A stretch of DNA of 63,655 nt, counting the filler, from Atractiella rhizophila (lineage: Eukaryota), in assembly GCA_021432655.1 (NCBI GenBank). It is 7 parts of 5 records of this genome, joined end to end, with 100 filler letters (N's around TTAATTAATTAA, not from the genome) between each part and the next. Parts side by side here need not be neighbours in the genome. Positions count along the whole stretch, not along the records: positions 21,133 to 26,850 come from MU271955.1; positions 26,951 to 36,983 come from MU271956.1; 5 more parts are not named here. One strand, written 5' to 3'. Within the stretch, counting starts at the first letter, position 1; every line of letters starts with the position of its first letter. Of this stretch, positions 21,374 to 34,271 are shown piece by piece. The notes below the pieces were generated by a model. It searched no databases. It saw only the letters and a program-made list of their open reading frames with translations, and was not told where the DNA came from. Position numbers and translations under genes: made by a program.

Positions 21374-23513
21374 TCATCGCACACTCTCCGGTCCCATGTT
21401 CCGGTTCTGGAACGTGAATCCTAACACAGCAGACACATCAACTTTCTAACAACTGAAGGAAGAAAGCGGTACGATGAACATACCTTCGAACTGTGCCTGT
21501 ACGCTCTCGCTCAAATGACTGGGTTCAACCACACTATCAACAGGCGCTTCGGCAGTAAACTCTTCATCGAACTGTACCCAAACACCAAACCAATCAAAAA
21601 GGGACTATGAGGAAGCATGTGCGGAGTCACGCACATTAGAAGTATCAGCAGCGCTCTCCACGCTAGGCTTGAACGGTGGCTGGATCTTCTTCGTGCTCAA
21701 AAGTGCCCAATCCAAATGATTCTTGAAGAACGGATGGTTCTTTATATCCTCAGCGCCACGATTTCCCAACCTATTGCGCGTGTGAATACGAGTCGAAAGA
21801 GTCTGAATGGAAGAAACGAACCTCTGCGATGGTTCTCTCGTCAGTAAGCCGGTGAGCACGGAGCGAGCTTCAGCTCCCATGTCGTCGGGGAAAATCAACG
21901 GATTCTGCGACAGCACATATCAGTCCAGTACGCTTGCGCTATCTTCTAGAGTTGGTAGAGAGGAGTACGGACCTGCAGAATCTTCTTGTACATGGTTGGC
22001 ACGTCTTCATCATAGTAAGGTGGTAGTCCAGTCAACATTTCGTACAACAAGACGCCGAGCGTCCACCAGTCCACACTCTTCGTGTATCCCTGACCCAGCA
22101 ACAGTTCAGGCGCGAGATATTCGGGTGTTCCGCAGAAAGCTGTTCAGTATCAAAATGGCATGAGTGAGGATCCCAACATGGAGTAGGGAGGACGAACTGT
22201 TAGTCGTCTCTTGATCCGTCATGTTCAGCTTGCACAGACCAAAATCGCAGAGCGAGATGTGTCCGACGTAATCGAGAAGGATATTTTCTGGTTTCAAATC
22301 CCTACGTTGCAGGATCAGCTGGGCGTTTCCACGCAACCGTATGGAAAAAGAGGAACTTACCGATAAACGACATTGAAGCCATGGAGACATTCAAGGGCAC
22401 ACAACAATTCGGCGGCGTAAAACCTGCTCCTCTCTTCACTGAACCTTCCCTCTCGTTGGAGGTGATGAAAGAGTTCTCCACCATTGACGAAGGCTAGGAC
22501 GAGGTACAATTTATCTGGAGATTGGAAGGCGAATTTGAGAGGAGTGATGAATGGATTGTTGACTTTTGCGAGGACGCTCCTCTCAGCAAGCGTATGGGTG
22601 ACTTCGGATCGATTGACGATGTGCGCTTTTTTAATCGTCTTGAGAGCATAAATCCTCCCCGTATCCGTCTTACGGACCTGCATGACTTTTCCAAAGCTTC
22701 CTTTTCCGATGACCCTCAACAAATCCAGATCTTCGATCCTCAAGCCCTGTTCAGTGGCCTTGAACGCGATCTGTAAATGGAAGTGACCGCCTTGACCAGT
22801 CGAAGAGGTGCCTTCGAACCACTTGTCGATTACTTTCGGACCCAATGCGCCGGCGGGGAGAGTGGTGTTGAAGTCGGGTGTGATGGTGACGGATGAGAGA
22901 AAGACGTCGTCCCCCATGTCATTCCTTTGACCGGGAGGAGCGGAGGAGGTGCGTAGGTAGGCGGAAAGGGTGAGTTCAGAGGAGCGGGACACATCACTTT
23001 TTCCCAAGACCACAAACAATCAATACACCCATCATTCAAAAGGGAGTGGTAAGGATAAAAAAAAGACGCACAAAATAGTTCGAAACATGTAAACCGGCTT
23101 GTCCATCTCCCCTCCCAACGCATCGACGAGCACATCGTTTTTATCAAACTGAAGCACGACGTAAGGGAGCCACCAGCACTGTTTCCTCTGCACACTATCC
23201 CTCTTCCCACCTCCCAGACTGCCAGACATCGAGCCACTGCCCACGGGTACGCTGGAGCCTCCGTGTGCGGCCATCGCCTTTTGGATCGATTGAGGGATCG
23301 TGGCTGGAAGCGGGAGGGAGCGTGCCTCAATGAGGCGTACTGTCAGTTGGCCTGACTTTGGGGTGTTGTCATTGTTGGAGGAGGAAAGAGGAGATGGTAC
23401 AGAGGGGCTGGAGGAGGCAGAGGACACGGTTGGCTTGCTGCTTTCTGTGGTTGTGCTCGTTAGCGATGCATGGATTGGAGAAATAACACACTTTTGCCTA
23501 GTTTCCAGGACAT
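21374..23513 (-). CDS. YPK1: Ypk1/Gad8-type AGC Ser/Thr kinase
   Basis: Starts MSWKLGK; has [31 protein letters not shown], turn motif PVDSVV and hydrophobic motif FEGFTF. Confidence 0.93.
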
Positions 23514-23689
23514 GTTTTGCGTTGCTCTGCTGTGGCAAAAGCAGTGAAAGGGGAAGAAGATGGTCGCTTTGGGGAGCCGTTGATTGGTAACGCGATCGAT
23601 GACTCTTCCATTAACCTTTATCCTTCCCGTGGTCTTCCCGTAATATTAACCACCAATCATTCTCTCTGCCTCAGGAGGATATCGAAAAG

Positions 23690-26172
23690 ATGCCTTCGCC
23701 CAAAGCCTACTGGCTCATCGCTTCGCCTCTAGTAGACAATGATCCGGGAACAATGATGGAACAGTTAAAGGGGGTGGTCGACAAGAAAGGGCTGGGAGAT
23801 GTCAGGGGTTGGAATGGATGGGCAGGGGCAGAGGTTAAGGTGAGCGACTTTCTCCTTGCTATGCTTTCTAGGTGTGATTGGATTGTGGTTTGTGGCTGTA
23901 ATATTCTCCCTTAATAGTGCAGCTCATGAGTGAGAACTTGCAACTTTGGAGATTCAAGCGCGTCTGATCTTATTACGAGGAGGAGGATTATCTGCCTCTG
24001 TCTGTTTTGTTAGGCGGTTCCCATCTCAGTGGCAATAAGTATTGAAGACGAAAGCGCAAGATGTCCTATCGTGAAGTGTTACAGACCGTTCTTTCTCATC
24101 TGATGCTAGCCGCACCAACTTAGTTCAGCATATATCATCTTCTGTGACTGGCTACCTGACTACGTCGATCAGAGGTAGACCTGGATTGTTACAACAATTG
24201 AATGAAGGTCACCTTGTTGGCGATCTCAAGCGAGGGACGGCTTCTGAAGTGAATTCAGCTATCCGTGTATGAGGAAGCAAGCATGTCTGCCCTATCGATC
24301 CGTAGCCAGAGTTCGATAGTGCGAGCTTTACATTTCATGTTTGATGCTCTCCTCTCGTCACGGCGGCTGTGAATGCATTCGTGCATCCAGAGAAGGAATG
24401 ACCTTTGGTGGGCAGCAGCGTTTAAGATTCGATCAATTTCCCTTTCGCGGTTGTTCCTCGTGAGAACTGTGACCAAGGTAGTGTTTTTGCACACAACATG
24501 GGTTTATTCCAGTGGTTGCGTGTCGCTTCAGCAGGACTTGGCATATTGCAGTATTTGAACGCAGACCAAGCAAACGCTCGATTGTGAAATAGTTTTAACA
24601 TGACTTGAAGGAGCTTGATGCTTGATATGATTCTACGCTGATAGGTCTCTCGTCTCCGAAAAGAGGAGAATGAGCTACACGTATAGTTTGCCGTGCATGG
24701 CGTGGCGAATTTTACAGCTCGCACAGCAAAGACTAACCCGTATGCCTCCAGACAGCCAGTCTCTCCAGCCTGCTCACCCTCTCAGAAACGCTCAGCAAAG
24801 CCGACACCACGGCCGTATCCGCCGTGTCGAAGATAGTGGAAACCATCCGCACGCTGGTAAACACTCCATCCGCCTCCTCCTCCGCCCCCAAACAACAGAT
24901 CGACATCTCGAAACATTTGGTGATGGATGACGGCGTCCCATATGAGGAGTATGTCTTCTCGAATGAGGCAACGGCTGGAGGAGAGGGATGGCATTGGAAT
25001 CGAGGGAAGTGGAGAGCTGATGGAAGGAAGCTGGAGGAGGTGGTTGATCAACTTGTGAAGGTGATAATATGTCCCTGTTTTGTCTGGCGAGTTGGAACTG
25101 ATTGTCTAAACAGGACATCACCGCAGTTGACAATATCCACAAATCGAAGTTGCAGAGCTACACTATTGCAAAGGGACAGTTGGCACAACTACAACGCAAG
25201 AAAGTGTGAGTCAGTTCTACTCGTCCTCCCCTTTCATACTCACCTTTGGATCTTTGGATCGTAGTGGAAATCTTGCAACTCGTTCCCTCAACGAGGTCCT
25301 GGATCCTTCAGATTTCTCCAGCACTCGAGACTCTGAATACCTCGATTATGTCCTCGTCGCTGTGCCCAAGTGCGTTGGTTCTGCTCGCGGGAGAGAAAAG
25401 TATACTGACCGGAGGATAGGAATAACCTGAAAGATTTCACGACCAAGTATGAGCGATTGACTTCGATGGTCGTTCCACGTTCAGCTGTGTGAGCTAATAG
25501 AGTTTACATCTTCGAACCCAGTCTGATTAAGGAATTAGGATGCTGGCAGAGGATGACGAGTTCTCCCTTTACAGCGTTGTGGTCTTCCGGAAAGTGAAGG
25601 ACGAGTTTAGTCAGAAGTGCCGAGAGAACAAGTGCGTAACCCCACTTTGTTTCCCAAACCTGACAGCGCCTTGTAAGATTTATACCGAGAGACTACAACC
25701 CGGATCCACAGGTGATTGCGAAGCAGAAAAAGGAGTTTGAAGAATTAGAAAAGAAGGAGAGAGAGCTCTGGGTTCGCCCTTCTACTACAGCAACGAATAG
25801 ATCTGATGTGTGCTTTTTTGACAGTCCGACCTCCTGAGATTATCACGCCTCAACTTTGCGGAATCCTTTCAACTCCTGGTACACATCAAGTTCCTACGAA
25901 CCTACGTCGAATCTGTCCTTCGATACGGTCTACCAGCTGACTATTTCTACGCCGTAATCAGGCCCGAGCCGAAGCAGAGCAAGAAGCTGATCTCCACGCT
26001 CCAAAGTCACTTCGAAGGCGTCGTGCCTCACAGCAATGAGGGTCGTGGGAAGAAGAAAGGGGGAGGAGCAGCAGGGGCGGATCAACTGGTTGGAGAGTTT
26101 GCACAGGTTATGGAGGACGAATGGATGGATTTGGTCGTGTTTGACATTGAAAGGTTTGGGGAGGAAGAATAG
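23690..26172 (+). CDS. VMA5: V-ATPase V1 subunit C
   Basis: YWLIASP...EVK|TASLSSLLTLSETLSK...WHWNRGKWR...GNLATRSL...DSEYLDYVLVAVPK...VESVLRYGLP, over many introns; the first intron is 912 nt. Confidence 0.93.
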
Positions 26173-26491
26173 AATGGACGGACTTGTCGCTAGCAATCGA
26201 GCAGCGGACGGCTTTGTATTCATTAATGATAAAGGAGCAATAAATCTCCATCTCTGTATCATTTCTACTGAATGCGAGGAACTGGGACAAGAAAGACAGG
26301 TTGATCGTGCCGATCTGGTGATTGGCACTTTGATTTTGCACAGACAAGTTCTACGGACCGGGGCCTCCAAGGAAGCAGGTATAGATTTACATCCCTAATA
26401 CTTCGAAGACAATCCGAACCATTATTCCAATCCAAACATTGGGAGAGAAAGAAACCGAGCAAACATTACAACGACTCTGAACAGGTAACAG

Positions 26492-26850
26492 TTAACGGCT
26501 GACCGCCATCTCGTTATCCTCATACGTAAATCCTACAGGCACACCCATCAGACACTCTTTTGTGAAGAAAGACGAGACATGAAGCAGAGGACGCACCTTC
26601 GAACTGTCTCTGGAAGCTCTCCGACAAACCGGAGCTCTTCACGACCGAATCCACCGGCTGTTCCGCTAAGAATTCAGCGTCGATCTACTCCCAAACCTCG
26701 CTCAGCATGCTCGTATCACTCCTCGAGACAAGGAAAAAGAAAACCGACATTGCTAACATCGGCTGGGCTCTCGACCGTCGGCTTGAACGGAGGCTTAATC
26801 TTCCTCATCGCGATCTTGACCCAATCGACCTTCTGAAAGAAAGGTTGAGC
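26492..26850 (-). CDS. 3' end of a second Ypk-like AGC kinase (not in the ORF track)
   Basis: Spliced translation AQPFFQKVDWVKIAMRKIKPPFKPTVESPADVSN|IDAEFLAEQPVDSVVKSSGLSESFQRQFE|GFTYEDNEMAVSR-stop. Both introns sit at the same positions as in the gene at 21374-23513. Confidence 0.9.
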
Positions 26851-26950
26851 NNNNNNNNNNNNNNNNNNNNNNNNNNNNNNNNNNNNNNNNNNNNTTAATT
26901 AATTAANNNNNNNNNNNNNNNNNNNNNNNNNNNNNNNNNNNNNNNNNNNN

Positions 26951-27820
26951 GGAGAGAAAGTCGACAGAAGCTTTTCAATTGGTAAATTGGCGCCGTTGAA
27001 CCAAGAATCTGCAGATGGAAAGATCGCCTCTGTCCAAAGTCACAGGGGATCCACAAATATCCCCACCGCGACTGGAAGTGCGTCAACCGGTTCCCTCTGC
27101 GTGATGGGGAAAACGACACGGAGGGACACCATCGCCTCCTCAATGCCACAAGTCTTCCCTCCGAGTTCGAAAGGACGAATTTCCCTCGTAACATTACCTT
27201 CTACTCCAGTTCGACCTTTGAAAGTAGTGAAAACAATGTCGAGAACGTTAATCAGCCAGCCAGTTGAGCCTTTTCCCCTGGAAATGAAGTCGAAACATAC
27301 CTCGAAACCTTCAGCTTTTCTTTCCGACACAGCAATTCTCGAGGGCGCAAGTACGGTCACTCTAGCTTCCTCTAGAGATCATGACTATTCTTCATCTTCG
27401 AATCAATCTCCCGATCGTGGTCATCGTCAACGTAGAGCGAGAGAAAGGGAATTGGCATCAAGGTCTGGCCAAAGTGCAACCAGCGTCACTACAAATTATC
27501 AACATCGGGCTCTGAGACCGATGTCGACATCTTCTCTCGAAGGAACATCTAACGCCATTGGGACAAAGGGTCTCGTTCGAACGTCATCGGTCCACCGTCC
27601 ATCTTCTCGCCTTCCTTCTCGCCTACCGAAGCATGCTACACTTTCATCCGTGGCTGAGCTAGACAGGAAGGACGAGAATACATCCTGGTTGTCTCCGAAA
27701 GGAGATAACTCAAGGAGGACAGTTAACGCGCAAGGAAGAACGAGCTCGAAGATAACTGACGGTACGACTGTTAGGCGGAGAGGAGTTTCAGCGAGTGGGC
27801 ATGTCAAGGCCCAAAAGTGA
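26951..27820 (+). CDS. 3' part of a Ser/Arg-rich hypothetical protein (5' truncated)
   Basis: Open frame from the contig start to a TGA at 27820, low complexity, followed by AT-rich 3' sequence. Confidence 0.55.
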   Translation, partial: GEKVDRSFSIGKLAPLNQESADGKIASVQSHRGSTNIPTATGSASTGSLCVMGKTTRRDTIASSMPQVFPPSSKGRISLVTLPSTPVRPLKVVKTMSRTLISQPVEPFPLEMKSKHTSKPSAFLSDTAILEGASTVTLASSRDHDYSSSSNQSPDRGHRQRRARERELASRSGQSATSVTTNYQHRALRPMSTSSLEGTSNAIGTKGLVRTSSVHRPSSRLPSRLPKHATLSSVAELDRKDENTSWLSPKGDNSRRTVNAQGRTSSKITDGTTVRRRGVSASGHVKAQK

Positions 27821-28413
27821 AACCCTGTAATTATTGTGTCTTGGGGTGTCCTTGGGCTGGCATGTCTGAATATGTTTGTAATCAAATGGTAATCAATTAT
27901 TGTAAGACCTAGAACATCGGGAAGTTTCTACCTCAGTGTAGTTACTTAGTGTAGAGTATTTCATGATGCATTAAGCAACAAACATAGCCGAGATAATACT
28001 CGACAAATACAAAATACCACTCAGTTTCCCATTTAAACATGAGAATGCCTATTGTAGTTCTCTACTTCGTCTCCTCGAAAACAGGTTGATGAGTGTCTAG
28101 CAACATTTCTGGCCCGGAGCGTATACTGTAAGGGAATCACTCACAGTGCGAAACTGTACTGAACAGGTGTGGGGTCTCTCATAACTGCATTCGTCGGGCT
28201 GTTATTTTGAAATGTACTTTCAGCTCTCTGATGTGTTGAAGCCAGTCACTTCAGCTTGAAAGTCAAGTTTAGAACTTTAATTAAGCATTAATTATCCGAA
28301 CTTTGTTCATTTGCTTCTACCAACATATCCGACCGCTGTTGCCAACAACAAACTGAGAAGGTGGTGCGCCGAGTAGCTGTAACATACTGAAGAGGAATTC
28401 CAGCAAGTTGACC

Positions 28414-29966
28414 ATGTCCAAGTTGAAGGCTCGAGACTATCGTACCGCTTTCACAAACGAGAGCAAATCCCGCCTGGTACGTCGTCCTCACACGCACACT
28501 CTGAACACAGCAGCAAACGTTCTATAAATTGTTTATGTTGAGAATGAATCACTGAAGCGCTGATTGGTGGTGACAGACACAACGAATAAGCGACCTCCTC
28601 CTCTCCTCCCTCATCTTCACGCAATCCATCGAAGCACACAAACGCAAGGCTCTTTCCTTACAAGCTTGTCCCACCTGCGGCTCCAAGCGAGTCTTTCCTC
28701 CATCAAACTGTAGATTGCGCTTATTGATGCGTATCCTACAGTTGCAGGACAGTACATCCCTCCGTCCCGTACAGATCGGATGGGAAATACAACTCCGCCC
28801 CCCTTGCTGCTCCGTTACGACCCAACACTCACTTCATTTGACATGTTTGGAATGCGGAAAGCTAGTAGGATCCTCAACGTTCGCCTCTTACTCTCTCGTC
28901 CTTATCATGTCACGAAGATGATGGAAGAATCGCAACTGAATTGCTCGTCTGGGGAAACAGGTACGCGAAGCACCTTTCGGGGTGTATGGACATCGAGAAG
29001 ACGAATGGGAAGTTGGTGGGGACGAGGAAGAGGAAGGAGGTGGGGTATGCCGAGGACTCGAATTCCGAAATCGAGGAGGAAGCCGCTCCTCCTCAGCCTC
29101 TCTTACCTCCAGCCGCATCCACGGAAGACGCGGCGGGGGAGCGGGACGGCGAACTCTTCGTTCCCACCAACGCAGGTGAGGGTTTACTATTTATTGTTTA
29201 TTCCTTATGACGTCGAAAACAGGTAGAATCTCTCCTTCGCCTACTCCACAGGCACAGGCAGCACCGCCCTCCCAATCCAACCCAACAAAACGAGTGCGTA
29301 TCCTATTCCTCCCTTCACCATCCCATCCCACCCACTCACTCGCTCTCGAGCAGAAAAAGGAAAAAGATGCTAAATCAGGTGTGGAGAAGCCGCCAAAGAA
29401 GAAGCGGAAGACGGCGAAAGAGAAGGCGGCTGAAGCTGCAGCTGCCGCCGCTGCAGCAGCGGCTGCGGTTGTGGCGGAGGAAGAGGAAGAGGTGGTGAGG
29501 GGACGAGAGGATTCCGGGAGCGCCTGTTCGTTTCCTCCCCTCTTCTCTCTCGCTCAAGACTGACGGTGATGGACAGCTCCTCCCGCTTTCCGAGCTGCGG
29601 TGCTCGCCGAACCTGTTGTTCGTGTCTTCGTCTCCAACCTTCGTTCTTCATGGATACCTTAACTGAGATGATTGATGGGAACAGAGACCGACGACGAATG
29701 CTTCGGCGATGCAGACTGCGAGACCGATGGGGATGCAACACCTGAACCCGTTCCAAAACGCACCGTACCCGATGTGGGGTTCGCAAATGCCTGCTCCGAC
29801 CGGAATGGGAATGGGACCTGCAACGGGAACGGAGAGGAGGGAGAGCATGGATGGTGCACAGGAGGCTGGTGTTGGAGGAGGAGGAGGAGGAGCGGTGGGG
29901 AGGAAGAAGAAGGGGAAGGAGGACGAGGACTCTGACTATGTGGTCTCGGAGGAGGATAGCGATTGA
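28414..29966 (+). CDS. SGF11: SAGA deubiquitination-module subunit Sgf11-like zinc-finger protein
   Basis: MSKLK...|TQRISDLLLSSLIFTQSIEAHKRKALSLQACPTCGS, then TCLECGKLVGSST|YAKHLSGCM (Cx2C...Hx3C finger typical of Sgf11), then a long low-complexity tail. Confidence 0.75.
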
Positions 29967-30310
29967 TCTTGTCTTTTGGTTTTGCATTTTCAATACGACA
30001 TAAATTATCTGTGCGCGAATCACGTGGTTGCGTGAGAGAATCTTGGCGATGGGAAAGCGATAAAGTTCGGTTGATCGATCGAACTCCGCACTCCCCCGCT
30101 CAATTGCCACTTCGTCCGTTCTTCTTTCAGCGACATCCAGCCAAACTGCCTCACTCCCTCAGCCAACGAGCTAAAACCTCTCAGCTCGGACGCTCGAATT
30201 GCTCGAAATAGACAGCGCAGGATATATCACTTACCCTTCAACGAAGGATTAGGAAGCTGCTCCATTTCATTCAGACGACCACAATATTATTACAGCAACT
30301 TGAAGACAGA

Positions 30311-31194
30311 ATGCAAGACGCCACAAGCATCCCCCTCCCGCCCTCTGCTCCACCCTCCCCCTCCTCCTCTACCACCTCCCTCTCCACGCCCTCCGATCCC
30401 TCCACCATCGCCTCCACATCCACCTCGCTCCCCTCGCCCTCCCTCTCGCTCCCCACCAACCCTCTCCCCAACAGCACCCTCCGCTCTCCCTCCGTCCGCT
30501 TCGCCCCCCTCCCCGAGACGCCGCCCCGGAAGAGCCGCACCGTCTCCCTCGGCGTGTCCAGTCGCGCGGAGATGCTCAAGGCCCAACCGCAGCCTCAACC
30601 GCCGCCTGTGCCTCCGATGCCGGTACAGGTGAAGGTGCAGACGCCGCCGGGGAGCGTGCCGAGTTTGGGTGGGAGGGGTGGGTATGCGTATGCAGGACGA
30701 GGTGGTGGAGGTGCGAGGGGTGGAGGGACGTTTGGACCTGGTGGTGCGACGTATGGACCGGGGTTGATGGGTGGAGCTGTGCGTTTCTCACTGCTTTTTT
30801 CTCGCAGTTTTGTCTGGGAGCGATGATGTTGACTTTTCGATGGGTGATGGAACAGTGGTACGCTCCGCCACCTAACACTTATGGGACGATGGCGGACTCG
30901 GAAGAGGACGTCGTGACGTACAAGGACGTGGTTCGAGGTGTGAAGAGCGCTGCGAGTTGGCTGGGTCTTCGGAGGAAGGAGAGTGGGCTTTCCAACCGGG
31001 AGAAGGAGAAAGAGAAAGGACAGAAGAAGAAGGACGCGGATGGAGAGGAGGAGTGGGTGGAGGACTCGGAGGAGTGGGAGGGGAAGGACGTGTTTGCTAA
31101 TTTGCGGTTGGAGCCCAAAGGGAGCATTTTGAGGAATGGGAGCGAGACTCCGAACCAGGGAAGGGAGCTTGGAAGGAGGGCCACCGTCATCTAA
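30311..31194 (+). CDS. Hypothetical Ser/Pro-rich protein, two exons
   Basis: ORFs 30311-30826 and 30823-31194 joined by a GTGCGT...CAG intron near 30779-30855. Confidence 0.6.
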
Positions 31195-31551
31195 TTCTTT
31201 CCTCACTTTTTAAGCCCATTTTAAGTAATAATAAGGTGATTGTTTCGTCGTATTCTGGGTTGTGTTACGATTTGCTGTTTGTGTGATTTACTCGGTTTGC
31301 TTGTGTAGCTCTCTGCATGTTGGTCAAGGCCATATCTCGGTTGGTGGTGAGACTGTGCTGTGCGTGTCGAGTAATTCCGCGTTCCTTAAAACTCTTCCAA
31401 CTCTCTGCCTTCCTTCTTCCTTACGACCTCTCGCTTCTCCTTCTCAGCAGCGTTGAGCTGTTTGTTGTTCATCTCAGTCGTGTTTCGAGCGTTTGAAAGG
31501 GATCCAAATTGTGATCCCGACATTCAACAGCAGTTAGCTAATCAGGCCGAG

Positions 31552-33980
31552 ATGTCCTCCTTCCCACCGACCTCTCCCACGCTCCCCTCCCACTCCAACT
31601 CCCTCACCTCCTCCACCACCCACGCCTCCTACACCTCCTCAGCCCCAATCATGGCCCACCCATCCCCCTCCCTCCCCGCAGGGTACAACCGTCACTCCTT
31701 CCTCGACCCACACCAGCCCCTCTCCCCGCCGCCGCCCAACGCCAATGCAGACGTGCCACTCGGAAGCGCTGGGCTGCCGCAAGGCGCTGCGTACCAGCCG
31801 CAGAGGTCGTCTTACATCCCTGATGCTCCGGAAGATGGACGGTATGTCTTTCTTTTCTCTTTCTCTCTCCATATTATTTCTGGAATGCAATGCCTTTGAA
31901 TATGATTTGGATTTGTGGAGCGATTGGCGTGTGTGCGCATGGCTGAATGATGCATGATGGATGGTGCTCAGGTACTCGTATGCCCTCGCACCTGCTCCAC
32001 CATCGCCTTCGCCACACAACGGCATCCATTCCGACTTTGCCTATGCGCCCGAAGGACACTCAAACCATCATGTTGGTAGTGGCAGAGCTGGGGTGGAGGA
32101 GGAGGAGAAGAACGAGAAGAGGAGGTGGAGGGAGAAGCAGAGGGAGAGGACCGTGGGTCAGTTCTTTAGGGGGTTTAGGACTCCTAATCAGGTTCGTATC
32201 TCTTTTTCTCTTTTCTTTTCCCTTTTTGGATGTCTTGTTTTTGGGGTGTGCGTGTTTTGGGATGGGATGGGATTGTTTGTATCCTCCATCCGTCTTGGGG
32301 TATGATGAGGGATTATGGTTTCCCTTTGTTCTTGGAATAGGAGGTGTCTTCCTTTGAGTTTCGTGATGTAGTGCTGCTCCTACATCATTGATGGTTCATC
32401 ATTTCACCATAAGGATCGATCTCTATATTTTCCGGGACGAGAAATTTCCCTAGAGAATGTCATATTTTCATGGATAAAGTCCTAAAGCCTGTTATGGATA
32501 TTCATGACTGACGATGGTGACCCAAAGCTCGCCTATCTCCTCACCGTGGCGCTCCAAGGCCCCATCGTGCTCACCATGATCTCGATCGTCTTCGCCCGCA
32601 TACGAGACAACAGCATCCGTACGACGCCCCAACTCCGGTCCATCTCCGTCTACCTCGCCATCTACATCTTCGGGTGCATCTTCGAGATCGTGGCGGCCGT
32701 GGACGCGTTACGGCTCAAGAACACGATCCAACTCGTCGCCATCCTCTTCTTCAACATCGCCATCCTCGTCTACGGTTGCTTGGTCTCTGGACAGGTCGAT
32801 GATGCGCTTAGACCTAGTTTTGGAAGCACTTGTAGGGAGTTGGCGGATGGGACTGTCGTCGGTAGTGATGACAATTTGGTGTGTATTCCTTTCTTTAGCT
32901 TGCAAGAGCGGTTGGTGTGGAGATGTGTATAGGAAGGAGTGACTGATCGGTTGTGTGGGGAACAGACTTGTTTTGGCGTCCTCAAGCTGTACAACGAAGT
33001 CAAAAAGTTCATCTATGTCATCCCAGCGGTCACTGCTGCTGGCACAGCCGTCTTGGCCTACTTGAGCTGGTTCGTCCCTCCATCCCTCTCCTCTCATCAT
33101 GGCGATGTTAACCGTGAGGGAACTACAGGCGGCTCTTTGCTGAGTTCGGGTGGGACGTGTATCGGCGGATCGGCGCGGATATTCAGCTCAAGAGTCCGTT
33201 TATCCCTATACAAATGGAGACAGATGATGACGTTGGGTGTAGGGATGTATTTCTACTATCAGATTTACGTCTGTCTCCTCAAATTCGACTTTTTCTTCTT
33301 CGTCGGATTTACCATCCAATACCTCATCCTCGTCCTCGCCGGATCCAACACCGCCGAGGTACGTCTTCCTCTCCTCCCTCTAGAGCCTCCCTGTGGTTGA
33401 GCAATGTTGGAACTAGTTCGTGGTGACCATCATCGCCTTACCGGTCACTGTGGTCATCATCGTCATTGCCGCCATGGCTGTTAGACTGGAGATACGGTCG
33501 GTGACCTATATCATCTTTGTCACCGAAGCGTTGGGCCTCGTGCGTCTTTCTTCGCATCAGTACTTAGCGGACAACGGGATTGATGGAGAGTGCAGGCATA
33601 TTTTTGTTACAAGCTCTTCAGGCTGTTCGAGAAGTCGCAGCGGTATAGATATGCGTTCTCAAGGAGGACACTCGCCATCTTTTCTGGACTTTCTATCAGT
33701 CAGTCCTCGTCTGTTCATTCGTTGAGTTTGAGATTGATTTTCTGGACAGTAATGATGGTTCTTACCATCATAGCATCTGTGGTGTGCTATTTGAATTTTG
33801 GAAGGGGATTAAAGGACCAGAGTGAGTTCTCCCTCCTCATATCTCCCCTATAGTTAAGAAGGCTGACATGCGACATCAACAGTCCCGCCGTACTTTCCTT
33901 CACTCAATCCACTGAAACAGAGGAAGAACGAAGACGAGAAGGAGGAGAACACGAATCAGAGTCGGACTAGTCTGGATTGA
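31552..33980 (+). CDS. UPF0658-type multi-pass (Golgi) membrane protein
   Basis: ISVYLAIYIFGCIFEIVAAVDALRLKNTIQL, EFGWDVYRRIGAD, YQIYVCLLKFDFFFFVGFTIQYL and NFGRGLK motifs. The Pro-rich N-terminal exons splice in frame (RTPNQ|LAYLL). Confidence 0.8.
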
Positions 33981-34271
33981 TTTTCTACATGGACCAACTT
34001 GGTAGCTTTGCAGCATTATCACGATTTCGATTTCGGGAGGGGGAAGGAGAAGGAGAGTCACGAGGCTCTCAGGATCGGAACCTTGTTTCGTTTCGTCGAA
34101 TGCTGATCACGAATTGATTGCCGATTCCCTTTCAGTTTCTTGTAGTAGTAGCATCTACTTACTTTATTATTCTGTCAATACTATTCCATTGTCACGAAAC
34201 GAATATCTCACGTAACGAACAATTCTCGATACAACAACTGCCGCAAATCAGTTCCATAAGGAGCCCGAAAG

